The notes beneath the pieces were generated by a model. It did no database searches, had not been told where the DNA came from, and worked only from the letters and a program-made list of their open reading frames with translations. A program made the position numbers and the translations under genes. A DNA stretch of 5,742 nucleotides from a virus (Duplodnaviria > Heunggongvirae > Uroviricota > Caudoviricetes): positions 1 through 5,742 of the IMG/VR virus record IMGVR_UViG_2671180294_000016. The stretch is one strand, 5' to 3'. Positions 1 to 5,742 of this stretch are shown in pieces (position 1 is the first letter of the stretch; every line of letters starts with the position of its first letter).

Positions 1-1392
1 ATGGACTTACCTTCTTTACCTTCTCTTTCTTCACTCTTTTCTGCATCTTCAGGTATCAATTGGCGCGATAATCTTTACGACGCTTCATTTCGTGGCGTTC
101 CGTTTTCGGTGGAGAGCGACGAGGGTTCGTTCGGACGCCGCGTTCAGGTCCATGAATACCCAAACCGTGACAAACCGTACACGGAAGATCTCGGGCGTGC
201 CACGCGACGGCTGACGATTAATGCGTATCTCGTTGGTGATGATTACGCAGAGCAGCGCGACAGGCTGATTACAGCGATTGAAACCGCCGGGCCGGGGACG
301 CTGATCCATCCGCAGTTCGGTGAAATGCAGGGCTGTATTGACGGGCAGGTGACCGTTTCTCACTCCGGCACTGAAGGCCGTATGTGCCGGGTTTCATTTC
401 AGTTTGTTGAGAGCGGGGAACTGTCATTTCCGGTCGCCGGAGCTGCAACCGCCAGAAAACTGGAGGAGTCGTCCGTATTCCTGGATGAGTTGATTGAAGA
501 CATGTTCGGCGATTTTGATCTCGCGGGAATACCGGACTTTATTCAGAACGATGTTATTGCCCGGACGACCGATATGCTGGGAACCGTTCAGACAGCTTTC
601 AAAATGGTTAATTCGGCTGTTTCTGCCGGAGCGAGACTACTGCAGGGCGATTTATCCGTCATTCTGATGCCGCCGTCGGTTGCCAGTGATTTTGTGCATA
701 CGTTGCAGGATACCTGGCGGGCCGGAACCCGGCTGGTGGATAACACACAGGATCTGGTGCAGTCCATAACGACAATGTCCGGCATTACGCTGGACCCAGG
801 ACTGGCACCGCGTGCGGTGTGGCCCACAGATTCCGCATCGGTTATCAGGCAAAAACAGCAGACAAACCTTGTGGCTGCTGTCATCCGGACGACGGCAATC
901 AGCGAAGCCACAAGGGCGGTCACTTCACTGCCACAACCCGGAAGCCTGGTGAAAAATCAGCAGGCGGTTGTGGCTGTTGGTGGTTCCACTGAACGTCAGT
1001 CCGATATTATTCACGTTTCTCATCCGGCACTTGACAGCGTGGCAGCCAGCACAGGACAGGATGAGAGAGCGCAACCACCCACGCGGGAAAATCTCACCAT
1101 CATACGCGAATCGCTGAACGCGGCGATTGAACAGGAGCTCAGGCGTACGGCGGATGACAGGCTGTTTTTTCAGCTGACGTCATTACGTACAGAACTGAAC
1201 CGGGATATTCAGGCGCGTCTGGTTCAGACGGAGGAAACCGCAGAGCGAACGCCAGCGGAAGTTCTGCCTGCGCTTGTTCTGGCTGCGTCATGGTACGACG
1301 ATGCGTCCCGTGAAACTGATATCCTGGATCGAAATGCCATCTCTCATCCGGGCTTTGTTCCGGTCAGGGCATTAAGGGTACCCGTCAGATGA
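1..1392 (+). CDS. Phage tail protein, Mu gpN-like DNA circulation protein (contractile-tail/baseplate module)
   Basis: 463-aa ORF starting at ATG at position 1 with TGA at 1390-1392. Residues ~20-110 (WRDNLYDASFRGVPF...HEYPNRDKPYTEDLGR...AYLVGDDYAEQRD...GPGTLIHPQFG) match my recollection of the conserved N-terminal domain of Mu N-type proteins. Stop overlaps the next start in an ATGA motif. The first ~20 codons are CT-rich and low-complexity, so the true start is uncertain and the gene could be 5'-partial. Confidence 0.75.
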   Translation: MDLPSLPSLSSLFSASSGINWRDNLYDASFRGVPFSVESDEGSFGRRVQVHEYPNRDKPYTEDLGRATRRLTINAYLVGDDYAEQRDRLITAIETAGPGTLIHPQFGEMQGCIDGQVTVSHSGTEGRMCRVSFQFVESGELSFPVAGAATARKLEESSVFLDELIEDMFGDFDLAGIPDFIQNDVIARTTDMLGTVQTAFKMVNSAVSAGARLLQGDLSVILMPPSVASDFVHTLQDTWRAGTRLVDNTQDLVQSITTMSGITLDPGLAPRAVWPTDSASVIRQKQQTNLVAAVIRTTAISEATRAVTSLPQPGSLVKNQQAVVAVGGSTERQSDIIHVSHPALDSVAASTGQDERAQPPTRENLTIIRESLNAAIEQELRRTADDRLFFQLTSLRTELNRDIQARLVQTEETAERTPAEVLPALVLAASWYDDASRETDILDRNAISHPGFVPVRALRVPVR

Positions 1393-2465
1393 ATGATACC
1401 GTTTTACTTCGGGTTTCCGGTCGCGAATGGGGCGGCTGGACATCCGTCCGTATCAGTGCGGGCATTAACCGTATTGCCCGGGATTTTAATGTTGCCATTA
1501 CCACCCGCTGGCCCGGAAGCCGGGATTATCAACCCCGGATAAAAAATGGTGAGCTGGTTGAAGTGCTTATCGGGGATGAGCCTGTGCTCACCGGATATGT
1601 GGAGGCACTACCGCTTCGTTATGACGCCAGCAGCGTCAGCATGGGAATTGTCGGGCGAAGCAAAACAGCCGATCTGGTTGACTGCTCTGCTTTGCCACTC
1701 CAGCAGAGCGGAAAAAACCTGCTCAGAATAGTCAGTGAACTGGCTGCGCCATTTGGCATCACCGTTGTTGATGCTGGCGTGCCGCAGACAGCGGTGATTG
1801 ATGCCCAGCCGGAACACGGCGAAACCGTTGCCGATTGTCTTAACCGGTTACTGGGGCAGGTTCAGACGCTGGCTTATGACGATGAATGCGGGCGACTGGT
1901 TCTGGGAAAACCCGGAACAGGTAAAGCGGCGACGGCGCTGGTGCTGGGAGAGAATATTCTTTCCTGTGACACGGAAAGAAGCATCAGAGAGCGGTTTTCT
2001 GAATATCAGGTCAGTGGGCAGCGCCCGGGCAACGACGATGATTTTGGTGAGGCCACCATTGCCGCAATACGTCAGACCATTCAGGACAGTGGCGTGACCC
2101 GTTATCGCCCTTTGTTGATTCAGCAGTCAGGCACAGCAACGACAGCAACCTGTAAGGCCCGTTGTGAATTTGAAGCGCGCCAACGGGCTGCGCTTACCCG
2201 TGAGACAACATATACGGTTCAGGGCTGGCGGCAGGGCAGTGGCGCGTTATGGCGTCCGGGGTTATCTGTCATCGTTTTCGACCCGCTGAATAATTTTGAT
2301 AATGATGAACTGGTGATCGCAGAAGTTACCTATAACCAGGACGACCGGGGCACGACGACTGAATTACGGGTTGGCCCGGCAGATGCTTATCTCCCCGAGC
2401 CTGTTACCGCCAGGAAGAAAAAAATGTTGAGGAGGATTTCTGATGAACGGGTTTTCTCTTCGTAA
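1389..2465 (+). CDS. Phage tail/baseplate hub protein, Mu gpP-like (late control D family)
   Basis: 358-aa ORF; ATG at 1389 overlaps the upstream stop by 4 bp (translational coupling). Its position between the N-like and V-like genes and its size fit the Mu-type baseplate order N-P-Q(gp45)-gp46-gp47. Family assignment is by position and general similarity, not by a run alignment. Confidence 0.7.
   Translation: MNDTVLLRVSGREWGGWTSVRISAGINRIARDFNVAITTRWPGSRDYQPRIKNGELVEVLIGDEPVLTGYVEALPLRYDASSVSMGIVGRSKTADLVDCSALPLQQSGKNLLRIVSELAAPFGITVVDAGVPQTAVIDAQPEHGETVADCLNRLLGQVQTLAYDDECGRLVLGKPGTGKAATALVLGENILSCDTERSIRERFSEYQVSGQRPGNDDDFGEATIAAIRQTIQDSGVTRYRPLLIQQSGTATTATCKARCEFEARQRAALTRETTYTVQGWRQGSGALWRPGLSVIVFDPLNNFDNDELVIAEVTYNQDDRGTTTELRVGPADAYLPEPVTARKKKMLRRISDERVFSS
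2429..2435 (+). promoter_or_regulatory. Shine-Dalgarno sequence (GAGGAGG) for the gp45-like gene
   Basis: GAGGAGG lies 7 nt upstream of the ATG at 2443, inside the 3' end of the preceding ORF. This supports 2443 as the real start and an internal re-initiation site. Confidence 0.6.
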
Positions 2466-2976
2466 TCTGATTTCCCGGGCTGTCATCACGGCGGTGGATT
2501 CCGCCAGAAAGTGTCAGTCTGTAGGGTTGAAAATGATAGCCGGAGATCAGAAACAACACGTTGAGCACCTTGAACCTTATGGTTTTACATCTGCCGCACA
2601 GAACGGTGCTGAGGGCGTTGCTTTATTTCCGGCGGGCGATCGTTCTCATGGTGTGGTTGTGGTCGTGGCTGACAGACGTTACCGGCTGAAAGGACTGAAA
2701 CGTGGGGAAGTGGCGCTTTATGACGATCTGGGACAGTCCGTTGTCCTGACCCGTTCCGGTATTGTGGTGGACGGGGCCGGGAAGGCCATAATTTTTAAAA
2801 ACGCGCCTAAAGCGCGCTTTGAAATGCCAGTCGAATCCACCGCCGATATTACTGACAATTGCGACAGTGGCGGACTCAGCATGCAGCAAATGCGGCAGGC
2901 CTACAATGCCCACAAACATACCGAAAATGGTGATGGTGGCGGGATCACTGACACGCCGGATCAACCGATGGGCTGA
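2443..2976 (+). CDS. Baseplate assembly protein V-like / Mu gp45-like baseplate spike
   Basis: 177-aa ORF with a strong SD and a 23-bp overlap with the upstream gene. Motifs EPYGFTSAAQNGAEGVALFPAGDRSHGVVVVVADRRYR...GEVALYD resemble the gpV/gp45 spike family as I recall it. Confidence 0.75.
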   Translation: MNGFSLRNLISRAVITAVDSARKCQSVGLKMIAGDQKQHVEHLEPYGFTSAAQNGAEGVALFPAGDRSHGVVVVVADRRYRLKGLKRGEVALYDDLGQSVVLTRSGIVVDGAGKAIIFKNAPKARFEMPVESTADITDNCDSGGLSMQQMRQAYNAHKHTENGDGGGITDTPDQPMG

Positions 2977-2981
2977 AAATC

Positions 2982-3392
2982 ATGATGATTAATGTTAACG
3001 GGCGACCCGTGTCGACCGGGGCTTCGATCGACCTTCTGACGCGTGCTGTGATTATTTCGCTTTTTACATGGCGGCGTGCCGGGCGTGATGATGCACCACG
3101 GATATTTGGATGGTGGGGGGATACCTGGCCTGCGGTTCAGAATGATCGCACGGGGTCGCGTTTGTATCTGTTGCGACGCAGCAAGCTGACAAATAAAACC
3201 CCGCAGCTTGCCAGAGATTATGTCCGTGAGGCGCTGGCGTGGATGGTGGAGGATGGTGTTGCTTCCCGTCTTGATATTAACGCTGTCCGGACCGGGACAG
3301 ACTCGCTGGCACTTGCCATTACCATTTACCAGCGTGACGGCAATATTCACAACATTATTTTTGATGATATCTGGAGTGAACTGAATGGCTGA
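2982..3392 (+). CDS. Mu gp46-family baseplate protein
   Basis: 136-aa ORF starting at ATG 2982 (or 2985), 5 bp after the upstream stop. Its size and position between the V-like and J-like genes fit the GP46 family. The SD is weak. Confidence 0.65.
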   Translation: MMINVNGRPVSTGASIDLLTRAVIISLFTWRRAGRDDAPRIFGWWGDTWPAVQNDRTGSRLYLLRRSKLTNKTPQLARDYVREALAWMVEDGVASRLDINAVRTGTDSLALAITIYQRDGNIHNIIFDDIWSELNG

Positions 3393-3978
3393 CAGTCAGT
3401 TTTATCGCCCCGGCCTCCCGCAACTTATTTCTATGATCCGGAGCGATTTATTAACCCGCTTTGAGCAGGATACGCTGCTTCGTCGTATGGATGCGGAAGT
3501 GTATGCCCGTGTACAGGCTGCAGCCGTACACACGTTGTACGGGTATATCGATTATCTTGCCAGAAATCTGTTACCGGACGTGTGTGATGAAGACTGGCTG
3601 TACCGGCACGCCAGAATCAAACGCTGCCCGCGAAAAGAAGCGGTGGCAGCCCGGGGATTTGTGCGCTGGGATGGCGTAGAGGGGACGCCGGTATTGCCAG
3701 CGGGAACGCAGATCCAGCGTGATAATCAGGTGACCTTTACCACGACGGCGACGGTGACCGCAGCCGATGGTCTTCTCCGGGTGCCTGTTGTGGCAGACGA
3801 ACCGGGATCGGCGGGGAATACGGATGATGGTATTGCCATGCAACTGGGAACACCCGTCAGTGGTCTGCCGTCCACAGGGTACGCTGACACCATTACAGAC
3901 GGTGAAGATATTGAAAATCTGGAAATATGGCGTGCCCGCGTTATGGAACGTTATTACTACATTCCACAGGGGGGCGCA
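3385..3978 (+). pseudogene. Baseplate J-like (Mu gp47-like) gene, 3'-truncated by IS1 insertion
   Basis: ATG at 3385 overlaps the upstream stop by 8 bp, with GGAGTG 6 nt upstream. The N-terminal motif RRMDAEVYARVQAAAVHTLYGYIDYLARNLLPD is typical of baseplate J-like proteins. Native coding stops at 3978, about 198 codons, against roughly 350 expected. The 224-aa ORF in the track (to 4059) gets its last ~27 residues from read-through into IS1. Confidence 0.75.
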
Positions 3979-4324
3979 GGTAATGACTCCAACTTATTGA
4001 TAGTGTTTTATGTTCAGATAATGCCCGATGACTTTGTCATGCAGCTCCACCGATTTTGAGAACGACAGCGACTTCCGTCCCAGCCGTGCCAGGTGCTGCC
4101 TCAGATTCAGGTTATGCCGCTCAATTCGCTGCGTATATCGCTTGCTGATTACGTGCAGCTTTCCCTTCAGGCGGGATTCATACAGCGGCCAGCCATCCGT
4201 CATCCATATCACCACGTCAAAGGGTGACAGCAGGCTCATAAGACGCCCCAGCGTCGCCATAGTGCGTTCACCGAATACGTGCGCAACAACCGTCTTCCGG
4301 AGACTGTCATACGCGTAAAACAGC
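3979..4324 (-). mobile_element. IS1 insertion sequence, partial (terminal inverted repeat through ~346 bp, then gap)
   Basis: 3979-4001 GGTAATGACTCCAACTTATTGAT is the IS1 terminal inverted repeat. The following sequence matches the IS1 interior as I recall it and encodes the InsB C-terminus on the minus strand. The element continues into the N-run, so its other end is not visible. Confidence 0.95.
3994..4324 (-). CDS. insB: IS1 transposase InsB, C-terminal fragment (5' part lost in gap)
   Basis: Minus-strand translation ...[109 protein letters not shown] matches the InsB C-terminus; stop is the reverse complement of 3994-3996. The 133-aa ORF in the track (3994..4395) is a chimera spanning the N-gap. 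Confidence 0.9.
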
Positions 4325-4335
4325 NNNNNNNNNNN
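4325..4335. other. Assembly gap (11 N) joining IS1 interior to integrase interior
   Basis: A literal run of 11 n. The left flank is internal IS1 sequence and the right flank is mid-gene integrase sequence, so an unknown amount of DNA is missing. Confidence 0.98.
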
Positions 4336-4336
4336 G

Positions 4337-5008
4337 AAAAACACAATGGCAGGATCAATGCGTTCTGTGTTGTCTGATATGTTTCGCGAGGCCATTGTTG
4401 AAGGACGTATATCTCAAAATCCAGTCACGCCAACAAGAGCACCGAAAATAGTAGTTACAAGAGAACGACTGAAACTAAAGATATACAACTGCATCAGGGA
4501 GGCAGCAGATCAACTTCCGGCATGGTTCCCATTAGCTATGGATTTAGCCCTTGTAACAGGACAACGTCGCGAAGACATAACGAATATGCGGTTCAGTGAT
4601 ATTTATGATGATCGTCTCCACGTCAGGCAAATTAAGACAGGAATGATGATTGCTATCCCCCTGTCACTCAGCCTTCCTGTCGCTGGTCTACGGCTTGGTA
4701 CAGTAGTTGAACGATGCCGCCTGGTAAGCCGGGGAGATTATCTAATCAGTGCCGGGATTAGAAAAAACAGCCCTGACGGCAGCATTCACCCGGATGGCCT
4801 GACAAAAAAATTTGTCGCAGCCAGAAAATTCACAGGTATCCAGTTCAGTGAAAACCCACCAACTTTTCACGAGATCAGAAGCCTGGCTGGACGATTGTAC
4901 AAAGAAACATGTGGAGAAGAATTTGCTCAGCGTCTACTTGGCCACACATCGGAGAAGACAACAAAAATGTATCTTGATGAGAGAGAAAAAACGTACTTAC
5001 TGCTCTGA
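4337..5008 (+). CDS. int: Tyrosine recombinase, lambda Int family, 5'-truncated at the gap (C-terminal catalytic domain)
   Basis: Frame is open from the first base after the gap. The translation aligns from memory with lambda Int from about residue 160 to the C-terminus ([16 protein letters not shown] / AIP / [14 protein letters not shown] / [13 protein letters not shown]). The catalytic positions R, K, H-x-x-R, H and Y are all present. TGA stop at 5006-5008. The ATG at 4346 is probably not the real start. Confidence 0.9.
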
Positions 5009-5084
5009 TTTTAACGTAAATGGATTGTTAAATGTATTTTGGTTGTGATATAACCAAAAAGACCGGAATACAGAAATTCGAGTA

Positions 5085-5104
5085 AATTTCGGGGAATTTC
5101 GGGG
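5085..5104 (+). repeat. Perfect tandem direct repeat AATTTCGGGG x2 between int and the sRNA 3' end
   Basis: 5085-5094 and 5095-5104 are identical decamers. The position between the int stop and the presumptive att core makes them candidate arm-type recombinase binding sites, which is inference only. Confidence 0.45.
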
Positions 5105-5114
5105 GAGACATTTG

Positions 5115-5127
5115 CAACTAATTGATT
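5115..5127 (-). promoter_or_regulatory. IHF consensus-like site (WATCAANNNNTTR) in the att-proximal spacer
   Basis: The reverse complement of 5115-5127 is AATCAATTAGTTG, matching WATCAANNNNTTR. It sits in AT-rich DNA between int and the SdsR 3' end. A chance match is plausible. Confidence 0.3.
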
Positions 5128-5139
5128 TCAAATGCAATT

Positions 5140-5174
5140 AAAAAAAGACCGAATACGATTCCTGTATTCGGTCC
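5140..5174 (-). terminator. Intrinsic terminator of SdsR (hairpin GACCGAATAC...GTATTCGGTC plus U-run)
   Basis: A 10-bp perfect stem at 5148-5157 / 5165-5174 with a 7-nt loop, followed on the minus strand by 7 T (plus-strand A-run 5140-5146). Confidence 0.8.
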
Positions 5175-5242
5175 AGGGAAATGGCTCTTGGGAGAGAGCC
5201 GTGCGCTAAAAGTTGGCATTAATGCAGGCTTAGTTGCCTTGC
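5140..5242 (-). ncRNA. sdsR: Small RNA SdsR (RyeB)
   Basis: The minus strand reads GCAAGGCAACTAAGCCTGCATTAATGCCAACTTTTAGCGCACGGCTCTCTCCCAAGAGCCATTTCCCTGGACCGAATACAGGAATCGTATTCGGTC followed by a T-run. This matches the enterobacterial SdsR/RyeB sequence as I recall it, including the terminal hairpin. Exact ends are approximate. Confidence 0.85.
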
Positions 5243-5248
5243 CCTTTA

Positions 5249-5255
5249 AGAATAG
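5249..5255 (-). promoter_or_regulatory. Candidate sigma-S-type -10 element (C-TATTCT) for sdsR
   Basis: On the minus strand, CTATTCT ends 6 nt upstream of the presumed SdsR 5' end (G at 5242), with C at -13. This fits the sigma-S extended -10 pattern and the known RpoS dependence of SdsR. No clear -35 was examined. Confidence 0.45.
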
Positions 5256-5329
5256 ATGACGACGCCAGGTTTTCCAGTTTGCGTGCAAAATGGTCAATAA
5301 AAAGCGCGGTGGTCATCAGCTTAAATGTT

Positions 5330-5371
5330 AAAAACCGCCCGTTCTGGTGAAAGAACTGAGGCGGTTTTTTT
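5330..5371. terminator. Bidirectional intrinsic terminator between ryeA/sdsR and yebY
   Basis: A GC-rich stem (CCGCC..GTTC / GAAC..GGCGG) at about 5335-5364 is flanked by A5 upstream and T7 downstream, so it can terminate on both strands. It lies 30 bp past the yebY stop on the minus strand. Confidence 0.8.
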
Positions 5372-5400
5372 ATTGGAAATCAAAAGGCTATTTTAGGTAA

Positions 5401-5742
5401 TTAACAGAGTTTTTCAGCTCGTTCTATAAACGGTGCCAGACTCATTTTTTCGCCGGGATTGTTAGGATCATCAATCTGAATCACCGAAATGGGTTGGGCA
5501 TTGGTCTTCCCACTGGCAACTTCCTTTTGTGCGATATCGTTTAAAGGATACTGCACGAGGGTACTCGGATTAATAACATACAAAGCATTACCCGGTCGGC
5601 AAGTCAGCATCACCTCTTCGCGATTAAACGCCCATTTGTCTTTACCCACTTCAAAACGACTGACGGTAATCACCTGCGGTGCAGCCAGCGCCGCTGCAGA
5701 ACTGGTGAGTAACAGAAACGCCAGAATACTTTTTTTCATCAT
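5401..5742 (-). CDS. yebY: YebY, DUF2511-family secreted/periplasmic protein
   Basis: 113-aa minus-strand [27 protein letters not shown]..., with a typical Sec signal peptide and an A-x-A cleavage motif. It matches E. coli YebY as I recall it, the gene that flanks ryeA/sdsR in K-12. The start codon is at the window edge and the RBS lies outside the window. Confidence 0.85.
   Translation of the reverse strand: MMKKSILAFLLLTSSAAALAAPQVITVSRFEVGKDKWAFNREEVMLTCRPGNALYVINPSTLVQYPLNDIAQKEVASGKTNAQPISVIQIDDPNNPGEKMSLAPFIERAEKLC

Larger units (their letters stand above)
5110..5371 (+). ncRNA. ryeA: Antisense sRNA RyeA (SraC), approximate extent
   Basis: In E. coli and Salmonella, RyeA is encoded opposite SdsR and fully overlaps it. 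The plus strand here has an intrinsic terminator ending at 5371. The 5' end is not determinable from sequence and would lie in phage-derived DNA; boundaries are a guess. Confidence 0.4.

Noticed and set aside
2418-2424. A7 run just upstream of the gp45-like start as a possible programmed frameshift site
   Set aside because: The downstream gene has its own strong SD and ATG. The known programmed frameshifts in tail modules are in the chaperone genes upstream of the tape measure, not at this junction.
85-3843. Short ORFs overlapping or antisense to the tail genes (85..363-, 588..923-, 652..852-, 1546..1731+, 1608..1817-, 1798..2097+, 2623..2964-, 2961..3350-, 3461..3679+, 3571..3843-)
   Set aside because: Each lies entirely inside a longer ORF with recognisable phage structural motifs. 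They have no SD or family resemblance and are the usual shadow frames of GC-rich coding DNA.
1-3978. Possibility that the element is a true transposable Mu-type phage
   Set aside because: The adjacent recombination gene is a tyrosine integrase with RKHRHY residues, and the element sits at a defined att-like sRNA site. Only the tail module is Mu-like.
3767-4318. Plus-strand ORFs 3767..4000 and 4028..4318
   Set aside because: The first is an alternate frame inside the J-like gene that runs into the IS1 end. The second is antisense to the IS1 transposase gene. Neither has coding support.
3994-4395. 133-aa minus-strand ORF reported across the N-run
   Set aside because: It is a chimera: the C-terminal ~110 residues are the genuine InsB fragment, but the N-terminal part is translated through the 11-N gap from the antisense strand of the integrase gene. 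It is not a real protein.
4812-5048. 78-aa plus-strand ORF overlapping the 3' end of int
   Set aside because: It is an alternate frame within the integrase gene that extends into the att spacer, with no independent signal. An xis gene would be expected upstream of int, not here.
5140-5174. Stem-loop next to the integrase considered as a tRNA or tmRNA 3' end, the usual int target
   Set aside because: There is no cloverleaf or CCA-type acceptor structure. The sequence is the terminal hairpin of SdsR/RyeB, which explains it fully.
1-5742. CRISPR arrays, toxin-antitoxin pairs or defence-system genes
   Set aside because: No spaced direct-repeat array is present and no unassigned ORF of meaningful size remains once the tail genes, IS1, int, sRNAs and yebY are accounted for. 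The only tandem repeat (5085-5104) is two units and lies in the att spacer.

Overview
This window is the integrase-proximal end of a prophage or prophage remnant inserted at the ryeA/sdsR small-RNA locus of an Escherichia/Shigella-type chromosome. Positions 1-3978 carry five co-directional, overlapping genes of a Mu-type contractile-tail baseplate module (gpN-like DNA circulation protein, gpP-like, gp45/V-like spike, gp46-like, gp47/J-like). The last gene is cut at 3979 by an IS1 copy in minus orientation (3979-4324), which runs into an 11-N assembly gap (4325-4335). After the gap comes the C-terminal catalytic domain of a lambda-family tyrosine integrase (4337-5008) with all catalytic residues present. 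A ~130 bp att-like spacer follows (tandem decamer, IHF-like motif), then the sRNA SdsR/RyeB on the minus strand (about 5140-5242), its antisense partner RyeA, a bidirectional intrinsic terminator, and chromosomal yebY (minus, 5401-5742). I see no unexplained large ORF, CRISPR array or tRNA, so I cannot support a novel system from the visible sequence. The only place one could hide is behind the gap, where tail-fibre and accessory cargo genes would normally sit. All homology statements are from memory of protein families and were not confirmed by any search.
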